This document shows positions 31,239-45,800 of a stretch of 64,000 nucleotides of DNA, piece after piece. Location: positions 1 through 64,000 of IMG/VR virus record IMGVR_UViG_3300013947_000022. One strand, 5' to 3'. The DNA is from a virus (Duplodnaviria; Caudoviricetes). Every line of letters begins with the position of its first letter. Positions within the stretch are counted from its first letter, which is position 1. The notes under the pieces were generated by a model. That model was not told the origin of the DNA and did not search any database. It saw nothing but the letters and a program-made list of their open reading frames with translations. The translations under genes and the position numbers were made by a program.

Positions 31239-32230
31239 TGGGAAAGCAACCTTATAATAAGATTTATACTCCTGAAAAATGGGATAATGTTAATCAAGAA
31301 AATAAAAATTTAATAGATGATTTTATTACAGAATGTAAAGCTAAACGCAGGTCTGAGGGAACGCAAAAATAGTATTTTGCAGATTTACGTCGTGTTGCAA
31401 TTTGGGTTTTAGAACATTGTGATAATGAATCTTTTTTAAAATTAACAAAAAGAGATTATCGTAGATTTATGATTTATTGTCAAGATGAGTGGAATATGAG
31501 CGCGGCTCGTTGTAACAGAATTTTGAGCGCTGTTCATATGATGTTGGATATGGCAATGGAAGATGAAGATTTATATGAAGACTATGAACGTAATGCCAGT
31601 GAAAAAATAAAAGGGGTTCCTAAAGATAACGTTAGAGAAATTACTTTTATTCCAGATGATGAAATTAAAATGCTTTATGACAAGCTAATGAGTGAAGAGA
31701 GATATAAAGAAGCAACTTTATTAGCAATTTTATACGATTCAGGGGTTAGGCGCAATGAAATTCTTCAAGTAAAAAGAACTGATATTGCCGACGACAAAAA
31801 TTCAACTGATACTGTAGTAGTAGGTAAACGTGGTAAGAAGTTTAAGGTTCTTTATTTTTCTCGTACCAAAGAAGCTTTTAAAAAATATGAGGCAACACGA
31901 ACAGATGATAGCGAAATGTTATTTGTTAATAGTGAAAATAGACCTGCTACAGCAGGAAATATTTATGAGTGGATTAAAAAATGGGGAGAAGAACTTACTG
32001 AGCTTACGGGAAAAGATTATACTCGGCTTAGTCCACACTCATGGAGACATTGCTATGTGAACAATATGCTTGATGGAAGTCATTATTTATGCAAAGAAAT
32101 GAATCTTCGGGCAGTTCCTTTGGAGAAAATTAAAACATTAGTTCATCATTCAAGTTCGCAGACCACGTTATCCTATGCGTAGAATAACGAAGATAAAGAT
32201 ATTGAGGATTTGTTTGGAATTACATTGTGA
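31238..32230 (+). CDS. tyrosine recombinase (XerC/D-like)
   Basis: SGVRRNE (R), GKRGK (K), PHSWRH (HxxR), VHHS, TLSY (Y). Confidence 0.88.
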
Positions 32231-32285
32231 TGTATAAAGTTTGAATAAATATACAAATAAAAGGTTTAAAAGGAGATAATAAATA

Positions 32286-33080
32286 ATGGAAGATAAGAAA
32301 ACTTTGGGAAATGATATTCCTAAGATTGATGAAAGTTATCTTGAAGATATGAAACCTCTTCCTGAAACTATTGACGGTGTAGATATTAAATAGACACTAT
32401 CTTATTATGTAAATGTCGTTACTAAGTTTATTAGGGGTAAATCTACGGTAGATGACCTTAATGAGTTAGGTAATCAAATGACGATTCGTGAATATATTCC
32501 AATGAAAGAAAAGTATCGTCTTATTGCAATGACTATTTTTAAAATGAATAGCGAATCTGATGATATGGCTGAAACAACGGTAATAGCAAAAGAAAAGAAT
32601 TTGTTCTTTGATGTTCTATTAACTGCTTATTGTGGCATTAACTGTGAGAATCAAGATTTGAAGACTTATGCTACTTATGACTTGCTTTATCCTATTTTGT
32701 CTAAATATATTCTACAGTTCTGTGGAGATGATTATAAGAAGCTTGTTGAGATGCTTGATTCTTCTTTGAATATCTATCATATGAAAGAGCTTACTGAGCT
32801 TATGGAAAGCGTTGATTACGAAGAAATCAAAAAGGCTACCAAAGCAAATGAAGAGTTGCTTAAGAAATTCTATGAAGAGAAAGAGGCTCTTGAAAAGCTT
32901 AAGGAGATTCTTTTGGCTACAGATGATAATGCTCGTAAGGTTGTTGATTATGCTAAAAATGAGGCTATTGTTGAAGCTGGAAAGAAATTGACTGGCGAAA
33001 AAGAAGAAAAAGTTGTAAAACCAGTGGAGGAAGTTAAGCCAAAGAAGAAGGCTGGTAGACCTAAGAAGGTAAAAGAGTAA
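32286..33080 (+). CDS. hypothetical protein, possible tail assembly chaperone (TAG at codon 36)
   Basis: RBS + ATG 32286 in frame with the 32478 fragment. Confidence 0.65.
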
Positions 33081-33090
33081 ATATAATTTG

Positions 33091-33120
33091 TAAAAGCTAC
33101 TCTTAAAAGGGTAGCTTTTA
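33091..33120 (+). terminator. hairpin terminator
   Basis: TAAAAGCTAC-tcttaaaagg-GTAGCTTTTA. Confidence 0.65.
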
Positions 33121-33153
33121 CAACAATTTTATCATTGAAAAAAGGAGGAAAGT

Positions 33154-33876
33154 ATGAATAATAATATTAATTATGAACAGCAAATATCAAGTATAGTTTC
33201 AAACACACTTGATAAAGAAGTGGAAAAATTAAAAATCCAAATCATGAAACAAATGCCTTAGAAAATGATGATGATTAAAAATGAAATCTTTACTGATTAT
33301 TGCACAATAATTAAAAGTGTTTTTAAAAGTGTATTTGATAATGAATATGGAATTAATTATGATGAAGAGTCTATGATAGAATCTATAAATTTTTCTTATG
33401 GAATGGGACTACTTCCTCATTTTACTATAGATGAATCTAAATTTCATTTTGCTCCCAAATATATGCGATTAGCTAAATCATTTAATACGAATGAAGAAAG
33501 CGGATATACACCATATCGTTCAATGAGAAGACGTTCAGAAGAAGTTGATTTAACGGGAAAGATAAAAAATTTCTTTTCAAATGATGATGGTAATTCTGTG
33601 GATGATGAGTATGGTTGGTTTGATGGAGTAGATGATGTTGTTTCAAGTTTCGAACAGGATAATAGAACAGCAAGTGATATAGAGTATGATATGGAAAATG
33701 TATCTATTCAGGCTTATAATTTAAAAAAGAAAAACAATTAGAGCGTTTTTGAAGCAATCACTCCTGTTTCGGGGACTTATTAGACAGCCAAATTGAGGGC
33801 TGAACAAGAGTTTTTGAGAATATATAATGCATAGATTAAAGCTCGTATTTTTAAGAAATATGGGATAAAGATATAA
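33154..33876 (+). CDS. hypothetical protein preceding tape measure (4 TAG)
   Basis: Single frame through TAGs, ends TAA 33874-33876. Confidence 0.65.
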
Positions 33877-33886
33877 GGAGGCTAAC

Positions 33887-36800
33887 ATGGCTGATAATAA
33901 TATACTTAATAGTGTATCTTCTTGGGTTATACAAATTAAGAAAGAACTTGATGCACAAATTAAAAGTGAAATTGCTGGAATTGAAAGCAAATATGGTTTA
34001 ACATCAAGTCGTACAAAAGATAGGGCATTTAATAAACTTTAGAATTTAAATACTTATTACCAAGCTATGTTGGATAGAGGAGAGTATTTAGGTTCAGACC
34101 AAATTATGCGAGCAAAAGCTGATTTAAAATTGGCGTTGCCTTCAAATCGAAATGGGATGTCGGATTTGGGCGGAATTTATTAGAAAACCTATGATTTAAT
34201 TGAAGCTCTTGCTACAAAAACTGAAAAACAAGCGCAATATGCAACCCGATTGGAGGCGGCAGTAAAGTCTGAACAAGCTGACCAAATAGCAGAATTAAAA
34301 GATTACAGGACAAGAATTGAAAAGCGTTTGGATGTTTTGGATAATCAAATTAGTTCTGCTTTCTTTTCAGATAATAAGGTTGGAGGAGCATTGGATGATA
34401 GAGCTTATTTAAGAGAGCAAGCCGCGCTTTCTACTTTAATTGGAGAACGTTTTCCCGCAATTGTAGAAAAAGCTGTAAGAAGAGCATCTAATCCTACTCC
34501 TAAAACTTCTCAGACAAAAATGCAGACTTCTAAAGTTATTACTCCTAAAATGTACAAAGGCACAACTTCGAAGACTCGCACAAGTGTACGAGATAAGGTA
34601 AAAGTAAATGGGCAAAAAGGAGCTTATAGTAACTTTTTAACGGTAGCTGAGAATTGGCTTAAAAAACAAGGAACTAAAGCTTGGGACCTTGAAACTACAG
34701 GCTTAGATTTAGTAAGTGATAAAGGCGTAACTTTTGGTTTTGGTGATTATGGTAATCAAAAAAGTTATTTTTTAGATGCTGGTAAAAAAAGTGAAACAAT
34801 AAAAAATATTTTATCTGCAATAAATGACAAGGCTGATGAGTCTGCTAAACAGTTAAGAAAACAGTTAGGTTTTTCTACAGATACTAATAAAAAAATATCA
34901 AAAAGTGAAGTAGAATCTGTTTGGGGAGAAATTAAAAAGCAATTAATTACTCCTGTTGATGCGGCTAAAATGATGATGGAAGCCATTGATAATGGCGGTT
35001 TGGTAGGCTGGAATAGTGAAGGATATGACCTTCGTATTTTGGAGAATAATTTTTCTCAATATTTGGGAAATGTAAGTGAGGCAAAGCGAGCTGCGGCAGA
35101 AAAAGTTATTGCGGAATTTAGAATAAAATCTGCAAAACAAAGAGATGCAATGCTCAAAAGTTCTGAAACAATGGTATCTCGTTCTGATTTCGGAAATGTA
35201 AAAAAGGGTGATTCTCTTATATAGGGTGTTAGAGGAGGTAACACTCTTCAAAGAATGGCAAGGATTATTAGTGGTTCTGAAAGTTCTGGTGCTCACGAAG
35301 CTCGGTCTGACGTTAAAGATACCCTGCTGGCTTATGCAATGCAAAATGTTACAAATGTACAACAAGTAATTAGAAGCGTAATTGAAAAAGGTTTGAAAGA
35401 CCTTGAAACAAGCGGGAATGCTGTAAAAGATTCTAATGGAGAATATACGGCAGTAGCAAGAGAATTTATTACTGAGACTCTTGATAGCTTAAGTGGTATT
35501 TTTGTAGACAATCCTGATTTAGAAAAAGAATTACTTTCTAAAGGGGCTAATACTGTTTCTGCTGATGCGCAAATTGATGCCTTAAAAGCAGAAATGACAA
35601 AAGCTCAAAAAGAAGCTTTTGAAGGAAAAGAACTTCGTAGTCGTTTTGCTAAAGCAGGGAAAGATGTTTCTAATATTACTGGGGTAGGAAAAGGTCTTGG
35701 TACCCACGAAAGAAAATTAAGAGACCTTATTAGAACTGCCGCTGAAAAGGGGTATGTTACCAGTTTAAGAATAAATGGCGATAATTATGATATTCGTTTA
35801 ACTCCTATTTCTGATTATATAGATGAAAATTCTATTGACTGGGAAAATGCAGAAAATCAAATTCAATGGAATGTTTCTCTTGCAGAAAATGGACGTATCG
35901 TAAACAAGATTGATACAATTCATGCGGCTCAGGAATGGGTAGGAAAAGTTCCAACAACTATGCTTGAAACAGCATCCGCTAAACAGCTTGATGTTGCTTT
36001 GGGTATGCTCAAGTCTGATAAATTTGGCAACGGAGACAGAACAAATGATGATTATTCTCGTATTTTTGGTAGCGCTGGTAGACGTGCTATTAATGGTTCT
36101 TTACCTGTAATTGCAGGGGATGAAGACTTAAGAGAATATCTTACAACTTATCAAGGTGAAAAGACTCCTACTGAAATAATTAAGTCGATGAAAGTTTCCT
36201 TTAAGGAATACTTAATGCGGACTTTAAGAAATTCTAAGATTCAAAAGGTAATTTCAGATTATTACAAAAAGTCTAATCCATATTATCAATTTAATATTGA
36301 TGATATTGGAGCAGAAGTAATGAATACAATGTTGGACATCTTTATTAGAGGCGGTCGTTACGGAAAAGAAGCAATGTTAGCAGGAGCGAAAGAGGATTCT
36401 TTGCTAAAAATGCTTCTCGAAAGTGACGAAATGAAATATTATATTAAAGATGCATGGAATCTTATTCAATCAACTGGAATTACTAATAGCGCTTATAGTG
36501 AAGGCAGTTACAAAAATGCTCAATATGGTGCTTTGTCTCAAACAGATTTGACAGCTTGGAACTTTGTAAATGATATGACCCAACGTGATGTAGCACAGGC
36601 TTTAAATGCAAGGAGTCTTACATCAAGAGCTGCTGATGCGCGTCAAGGATTAAGTGGACCAGCATTTAGAACCAAACAAGGCACTGCTATGGGAATGGAT
36701 TATGAATCTCCTATGCAGAAGATGTTTTAGGTTATGCAAATCCCAGAGCAAGTATTTTATCAGGCGGCAAGAGCTTATTTTGAAGAGCTTGGAATGACAG

Positions 36801-39800
36801 GAGAGGATTTAGAAAATTCTATTCAGAGTTTGATGGATAGTATTATTCCTTCTCTTAAAGTTATTGAAGCTACTGAAAGCTATCAATACAGAGCGTCAAG
36901 AAATACTGATGTAAATGATATTGATGCTGGTTTCCTTGCGGCTTATGGAATTACTCCTGAGATGTTAGAAAAAGAGCAAACAATCGACCTTTCTAACTAT
37001 GAAGTAAAAGAGGGAGATTATCTTAATTTTTCTAAAAAGTTTTCTTTTAATGTGGGTGATAGACTTACAGGATTAGTAAAAACTTTAGATGGTTGGAAGC
37101 TTCAAACTGATTCTCTTTCTAAAACTCAACAGGGTACTAAGCTTACACTTGGATATGGTGGGCGTATGTCTATGGGTGGTGGAAATGACCCAGCTAAGAT
37201 GTTTGCTTATATCCAGAAATGGATTGCGAATAATTGGCAAAATTCTCCGTATTCAAAAGAAGCAATTATGTCTGCGGATGCTTTTGTTGAAGAAAGAACT
37301 TCACTAAAAGAGCGTAATGTTTTACTTGATTTTGCTGGTAGACTTTCTACTATTGTTAATGCTTTAAAAGCTGAGGGCGTCGCGCAAAACGATACAGATG
37401 TATTAAATCTTTTAAGTAAAGAAAATGGTATTTTCTCTCGTATTTTTGAAATAGATAAAAATGGTAATCTGTCTCAAAATGTAAGATATGATATGGCAAA
37501 TACTCGCTATGTTAATGGAACAACGGGAGATGTAATTTTTAATACGGCTGAAGAAGCCGAAAAACTCCTTTCTGGTTTGGATGAACTGGGAGAGGTTTTG
37601 TTAGGACAAAATTGGAGCAATTACAAAGGATTGCTTTCAACTACAATTGGACAGCAAGATGTCGCTCGTTACGCTACCAAAATAAGTGGTGGCGGAGCTT
37701 ATACTCCTTCTATTGCAGATGATTTTAAAGTTATTAATGCTGAACGTCATACCACTAAGCGTTTTGGTTCTGCGGCAATGGTTGGTATGACAGACGAAGA
37801 AAAAGAAAGAGCGCAAAAAGGCTTAAACGCTATTCTTGCGGCGAATGAAAAGCTTAATAAGGCTTTTACCCCTGCTGAATTAAAAGCTCAAAAAGATTTC
37901 CAACAATTAATTGACTCTCGTAAATCTTTAGATAAAGGTGGCTATACTTCCAACGGAAAAGATATTGAATTTGTTTCTAAGAAAGATTTTAGCGAATTAA
38001 AAGAGAATCAAATTTATATTGAAGATATTGTTACAAGTTTCCAAGATGCTGTTAAAAACGGTAAAGTTTCTCAAGATGACTATGAGAAATTTGCAATGGA
38101 AGTTGCTCGCAAGAAGAAAGACGAACTTGGAGATGCTTATAAAGATGCTAACATTGCTCTTACAAGAGCAAGAGGTAATGAACTTGGCAATGTAATGCTT
38201 GCTAATCTTCAGGGTGGACATGATAATGATTATAATTATTATGTTACTCCTCTTGAAAGACAGCAAGGAAGATTACTGCAAGCTTATGCTAAGTTTGCGA
38301 ACGCTACAGAAGAAAATGAAAAACAAAGGTTAGCGGCTTTTGAACTTGCTGAAAAAGAGTATGCAAATACTGTTCTTGAATATATAAGCAATAAAGATTC
38401 TGAAATTAAATATAAAGCCACTCATATCAGTCGTGCTCACTCTGGTTGGGCTATTGCTCAAGGTGGAGCATTTGATGAAAATGCCGCAACTTCTGAATAT
38501 AGTGCTGAAAAGGCAAGACTTGCTAATACAGTAGTTATGTCTGAGAGTCGTGTTCGTAATATGTTCAGGTCCGAATCTGGTTCATCAAAAGACCAAATTG
38601 CAGATAATTTGTTGGCTTTAATGAATCAGTTTAAATTAAGAACAGGCAAAGCATTTGATTATGGTTTTTATGACAATGATAATAATTATCATGCTTTATT
38701 TGCTAAAGATATTAAAGATGGTAATTTTACAAAAGAGCAATTAGCTGAAGCCGAAGCTCAGATAGTAGAAGATATAATCACCGCTATTAAAAAGGGTAAT
38801 AGTAACTTTAAGACTAAAATGGGTCGTTATCCTTATAACCAAGGTGGCGAGGGCATAAGCTCTCACATTGCTATTGGTGATGTTGGTGACGATGTTGTTC
38901 AAGTTAGACAAGGCTTGGCTAAATATTTGCATGGTGACTTCGATGGTGACTATTACAGAATGGTCAGTAACATCTTTGATGAACAGTATGGCAAAGATGC
39001 TTATAACATGGAACAAATTATGCAGGAGCTCTATGACAAACAAGTTTGGTTAATGAACAAATGGGCAAGCATGGAGAAATTAAGCGAAGCTCCTGATGCC
39101 GAAAGTCGTAGAGCAGATATTGCCAAAATAGCTAAAGGCTGGGTAACTAAAGACGATAATGAATTTGCTTCTTTAGTTGGTGGCTCTAACTTCCAAACCA
39201 TTGGTTCTTTCTCTCAAAGTGCAACTAAAATGCGTGAAGCAATGGAGGCTTTAAATTATACTACTGGTAATATGTCTACTGATGCTGACATGGAGAAAGA
39301 ATTTAATGCAGATGTTGTTAAATCTTTCTTACAACAGCTTGAGCAAGATGCTATTTCTTCTAAGAAAATTTATGCTCGTCTTCAAAAAGTAAGACAAGAT
39401 AGACATCAAGACGATAGTAAAGAAGCTGTAGCTTCAGATGTTGCTAAATTAATTGAAGCTCTTAGAGGCGGTGACGTTCACAGTTATATTAATTTGTCTA
39501 AAGAAATGGGTATTTGGGATGAAACAAAAGCAGACCAACCCATTCAAGCTTTAAGAGCTCGTTGGTTAAGTACAGATACTCAAAGAGATTTTCTTCGTAG
39601 GAAAATTGGTGTTGATTTTGCTGATGTTAATAACGCAAAAGCAAATCTAACTGACCAGCAAATTGAAGCTTCTTTTGGACACGTTGGACAATGGTTTAAT
39701 ACTCATGGCGGCGTTACTTTAGCTGATGCTACTACATGGAACAAAAAGATGGCTGAAGTAGCTGGTCGTGACTTTAATGGTAGAGAATATCTTAGATGGA

Positions 39801-42800
39801 AGAAATTCAATATTAGTGGGACAGAAATGGATGAAAATGGTAATCCTGTTCCTCCGTCTGGTAGTGGACTAAATGGGTCTATCAATTCCAATGGCGATAT
39901 TGTAATAAATACTTCTGGTAATGTTCTTATTAATGCTCAAGGTAATGTAGCGGTTAATACTAATGAGATTGTTGCTCAGATGGCTGATGCTGCTAAACAG
40001 GGGATTGAACAAGGTACGGCTTCAACGCTTAGAAATGATAATGGTAAAATTATCCATGAGATGCGTAATGAAAGTGGAAAATATGTTTCGCCTGAAGTAA
40101 CATGGACTGGTGTAACACCTCCTGACCCGAAGACTCATGCCATGACCGTAAAGATGAATGGTAAGCTTTATGGTAAAGATGATATTTTCTCTGTTACTGA
40201 GGCGTTGAATCATGATGCTCCGTTAAAACCGTGGGATTAGGAAAAATTGCACACGTCTTCTGTAATGGGAACTTATGCTCACAGAATTGCGTAGGAATTA
40301 GTTAATACGGGTGAGACTTCTGTTGATAGTTTTAGCGATTCTGTAAACAGCGAGCTTAGGGAAATTATAGGTAAATCTGTAAGTGAGGGTGGTCTTAACA
40401 TGACCTCTTCTGACCCTAAAGCGCAAAAACAAAGACAATTAGCTGAATTAGCTGTTGCGAAGGCTCGTGAAGCAGGTATAGTAAATGATAATACCATAAC
40501 TGAAAGAACTATGGCTGGTTTATTTGGACAGCAAATGTTTGCTGGAACAATGGACGCTTTAACTTATAATAAAGATACTGGCTTTGCAGTAAATGACTGG
40601 AAGTTTTCCAAATCTGGTGGTCCTGAAGATATTCAAAAACGTGGCGAGCGTATGTTGCAAATGCAAGTGTATTTTACAATGTATGAAAAAGCTTTGGAAA
40701 AACTTTCTAATCAAGTTTTTGAAGAGGGTAAAGAGATTACAGCCGAAGATGCAAAATGGTTTGGTTTAGAGGGAAATGATAGCTCTGAATGGGCGAACGA
40801 TTTAACTGAAAGATTAAATCATATTCGTAAGGGCAATGTTAAATTTGCTAATACGAGAGCTTTTGAACAAGATGGGCAATAGATTGTTGAAATTGTCACT
40901 TCTGGATTAAATGTGGCTATGAGCATGGAAGAAGTAGCTGAAATACTTAATAAAGGTATTAAGGGCGAAGCTATTCCTTGGGATGAGATTGCTAAAAAAT
41001 ACGGAGTAGATTCAATTAAGGCGTCTCTATTTTCTGTAAATGGTAGCAATCTTAGCAATGAAGTTCCTCCTGTTATTCAGAAAATGATGGATAAAAAAAA
41101 TGCGGAGAGAACTTCTGGTGGTTATAACACAAAATCCATAAATGATTATCTTAAACAGTATAAACAAATTCTAAAAATTCAAGAACAAATTGATGCTGAC
41201 GAAAAGCGTCTTGCGAGTTCTGGAATGAAAGGCGAACGTGCAGATAACATTCGAAGTGTTGTCAATATGCGTAAACGTTTGCTTGGTCAACTGCAAGCTG
41301 AAGTGCCTAATTTAGATTTAGAAAATGGCACTCTTAATGGGCAAAAACTTTCTGAAGAAGAGTTGATTAAATTAAAGAAAGAAATTGCTTTGCTTGATTC
41401 TAATCACGGTATTCAACTTGAAAAGAATAATTCTTTACAAAAACAAAGTGTTGGATTAGTCCAGCAAATTGCTCAGGGCTTTAAAGCTTCTTTCCGTAAC
41501 TTAACAGATTATTCAATGGCTTATATGGTCATTGGTAAGATTAGAATGGCTTTTAGTCAGTTGATTAATTATGCTGAACAACTTAATGCTTCTATGGTTG
41601 ATTTGCAAATTGCAAGTGGATTAAGCTACAGCAATATTAAAAATATGATGCTTGACTTTAATGACCTTGCTGTTAAAGTAGGTAAGAGTACGCTTGAAGT
41701 ATCTCAAGCCGCAAACGATTGGCTAAGAGCGGGTTATGAAGGACAAGATGCCGCAACTCTCGTTGAAAATTCAATGCAACTTAGTACGCTTGGTATGATA
41801 AACTCTGCCGAAGCAACGGAATATTTGATTAGTATGCTCAAGGGCTGGAAGCTTCAAGTTAATGAAGTTAGTTCAGTAGTAGACAAACTCGTAGCTGTTG
41901 ACATGAGTGCTGCGATTTCGGCTGGCGATTTAGCAACAGCGTTGGCAAGAGCTAACACAAGTGCGCAATTAGCAGGTAAAATTTGTGCCTGAGTATATGG
42001 TAACATATACTATAGTATCAACCTAAATCGGTTAAAACCTCTTTTTAGAGACAAGACCGAGATAACTTTTATTAAATAAAATCTAAGTTTTATTATATAT
42101 TTTAATATAAAATTGCAACAAAAGGAGGGAGTTTTGTTGCTTATAAATGAAAAAATGACAATAATTCCAACCAGTAGAAATAAAAAATGGTATTTAGAGA
42201 AGGGATACCCAGAAGTTCCTTATCTATCACCTTTAGAAATAAATTCAAAGGATATAAGCCTTCACAGTAAAGCTTTGATACATTGGAAATGCGACTATTG
42301 TGGAGAAGTTCAAGAAAGTAAGGCTTTTATTTATTTTACACAGGAAAGAGATATTGTAAATAAAGATTGTTGTGTAAAATGTGCTCCATTGAAAGCATAG
42401 GAAGTTTATGAGGCTAAAACTGGATATAAGAATAGTTTTAGTCAACCTCGGTATCATGATATGCTAAAAGAGAAAATGAAAGAAAAATATGGAACAGAAT
42501 ATTATCTTAATAGTGAAGATTGTAAACAAAAAACAGAAGAGTATTTACAAGCACATAACGCAACAAATGTAATGCACATTCCAGAAGTAAAAGAATCTTT
42601 ACGAAAAACTGTGCAAGAAAAATATGGGGTGAACTGCTGTTTTTAGAATGAAGATATTAAGGCTAAAATTAGAGAAACCAATTTAGAAAAATATGGCTTT
42701 CCAAACGCAAATCAAAATCCAGAGATTAAAGAAAAGAATTTAATTAACAGAAATAAAGCCATAGAAAAAACTCGGAATGTTTTAACGAGTAAAGAGCAAG

Positions 42801-45800
42801 TTCGACTTTGTAAATTGTTTAATTGCTCAGTTAATAAGCTAATGACATATTATTTTTTGGATGGGTATTTTGAAAAGGAACAAATTTATTTTGAATATAA
42901 TGGAAGTGGTCATGATTTATCGGTTCAAATAGGAGCTATTACTGAAAAGGCTTTTAAAGCAAAAGAAGCTCGTCGTTATCATTATCTAAAGACACTTGGA
43001 TTAAAAGAATTTTGTGTTATTAATACCAAGAGAAACAAAGTTCCAGTAAATGACGAGATAATGATGAAGATTAAGCAGTTTTCTTTTAATGAGTTAGAAA
43101 AGGATACTATTAACTGGGTAATAGTAGATTTTGATAAAAAAATATTAAAAACAAAATTCCAAGAGTGGACTTTGGAAGAATTAGATTTTATTTAATAAAA
43201 GTATTGTAACGACCAGAATCAGGTTGGCTCCTCTTATCACTCTAAGAGGATGAAGGTATGGTCTGAACTATATGGTGACATATAGAAAAGAGGTCAAGTG
43301 TAAAGACACTTTAAAGAAGAACCTCTTTCGCCACAATTTATTATTGTGGTCAGTAATTCCTTTTAATGGAATGAAAGTAACAGAGTGTCAAGTTTAGACA
43401 ATTATATTGCGTATACAACTGTTGTTGCTGAAACTACTCAAAAGAGCGCTGAATCGGTGGGCGAGTCCTTTAAAACGTTATATGCACGTTTTGGTAAAAT
43501 AGCGGCGGGTAAATTTGAAACTTCTCAAGAAGAACTTGAACAACAAGGATTATCTTCTGAAGATATGTCAAATTTAAATGAAATCGAATAGGTATTAAAA
43601 GCTGTAGGAATTGAATTGAGAGATACTCCTGAGCATTTTAGAGACATAGATTCGGTTTTGGCTGAAATTGCTGGAAAATGGAATACTTTCTCTGATGTTC
43701 AAAAATCTGGTATTTCTACGGCTGTTGCTGGTACTCGTTAGAGAGAAAATTTCTTAGTTTTGATGGAAAACTGGGACAATGTTGGTAAATATGCTGAGAT
43801 AGCGGCCAATGCTTATGGTACAGCGGTAGAAAAGATGGAAGCTTATTCACAAGGTGTAGAAGCAGCTCGCAAGCGTGTACAAGCGGCGTGGGAAGGCTTT
43901 GCATTAATTGTTAATGAAAGTGGATTACTTGAGACAGCATTTAATGGCCTTGCAACTGCTATTGAAAATATTCACTGGATTATTTTGGCTGCTATAACTT
44001 CATTGGTAGCAAACAACCCCGCTGGCGCTGCCGCAACTCTTTCGCAAGCATTTACAAAACTTAGTTTAACATTAGGCTCTGCTGGATTGGAGCAAAAGCT
44101 TGGCTTAGTAGGAGATTCTTAGGCTACTATTGAAGCGGCAAAGCAAGCTCGTATTGATATGGCTGATGCAGCGTTTATTAGACAGAAGTAGATGCTTTGG
44201 GGAGATTATTTAGGTAAATTTAAAGGTGGCATGAATGATGAGCGCTTTACTGGATTTACTGAATATCAAAGTGGATTAATTGGATTAGATAAAACAGACG
44301 AAAATGAAAAGTTTGTTGCTGGATTATCAGGTTTTGTTTCTGCATTGCAAGCTGGAGAAAAGGGCACAACATTGGCTACAGAATCTTTAGAATATTTAAG
44401 AAAAAATATTGACGAGGGTAAAGCTCAAATTTTGTTAAATACTGTTTCCAAAGAAACTGCGAATACCTTAGTTCTTTCTTAGAAAAAGACTATTGAGCAA
44501 GGAATGACAGAAGAACAACTTGCTGACCAAACTACAATTTTAGCTGAAGCTCGTAAGAGGGCGGCAATGCAGTTGCTTGATGATATGGGCGCTGAGAAGA
44601 GTCAATATTACAGCGAGAGTGACAAGAAAGTATTTACTACTGCAACAGGTAGTGCTCAAAAGTCAAGAAGCCAATCCCGTCAAAAATTAGCCGTAAGTGC
44701 TATGGGAAGTCTTTTTGGAAGTATTGCTGGTGGGTATGGCGGAAGTAAAGGTCTTGGCAGCATTTTTGCAAAAGTTGGGGGAGAAGAAGCTCGTAGTGCT
44801 GGTGAAAGTATTGGTTCAATTATTGGTATGGTAGCGGGACAGAAAGCTGTTACTACTTTAATTTCAACTTGGGGAACTAAATTAACAGGAAGCGCCGCTT
44901 TAACAGGTATTGTAGCACCTTGGGCGGCTGTTATTGCTTTAGTAGCTGGAGCTGGTTACGGTATTTATCAGCATTTTAAAAAGAAAGCTATACAAAAAGC
45001 CCAAGAAGAATTTAAAGAGCTTAAAGACACTTATGAATCTCAACTTTCGGCTTCCACAAAAACAACTCGTTATGATGAATTGTCAGAGGGAGTAGACCAG
45101 TTTGGACGTAATGTTTCCTTGACGGATGAAGAATATAGTGAATTCTTGTCTACTTCTAATGAACTTGCGGAGTTGTTCCCTGAATTAGTAGTTAGGACAG
45201 ACGAGGCTGGCAACTCTTTCTTGGGCACTGCTGGTAAAGTTGGCAAACTTACTGAAGCTGTTGACGAGATGGTTAAGGCTTCTCAAAAGGCGGCAGATGT
45301 TCAATTACTATCTGATAATGTTTTTGGCGAAGCTTTTAAAGATGCTAAAGCGTCCTATAAAAAGAACTCTTCTGGCATAGAACAACTTTAGGAGGAAGTG
45401 GCAAAGGGAGGATATTGGTCTAATACCTTTAAACTTGGATAGGCAGGTCCTTCTCAAACCTTTACTGCTTATAGTAAAAAAGAGCTTGAAGAGAAGAAGT
45501 CCGAAATAAAATCTATGGAAGAAGCGTCTCGAAATGCGCTGTCTTCTCTCACCGACTACAACAACGCAATTATGCGTGAAGATTTCGGTCTACAGGCAAC
45601 TTTGTCTTCTATGTCCGAGGATTCTGCAATTTTGGCAAAACAGACAATGCAAAAAGTATTCTCTTCTCTTGATTTAACTGAGTATGCTAATGAAGATGAG
45701 TATCGTGCTGATATTGAAAAAATATCAAACCAGATTGCAGATGCTTACAAGGAGAATCCTATTTTAGCTACTCTTGAGGTTGAAATGGGAAGCTCTGCAA

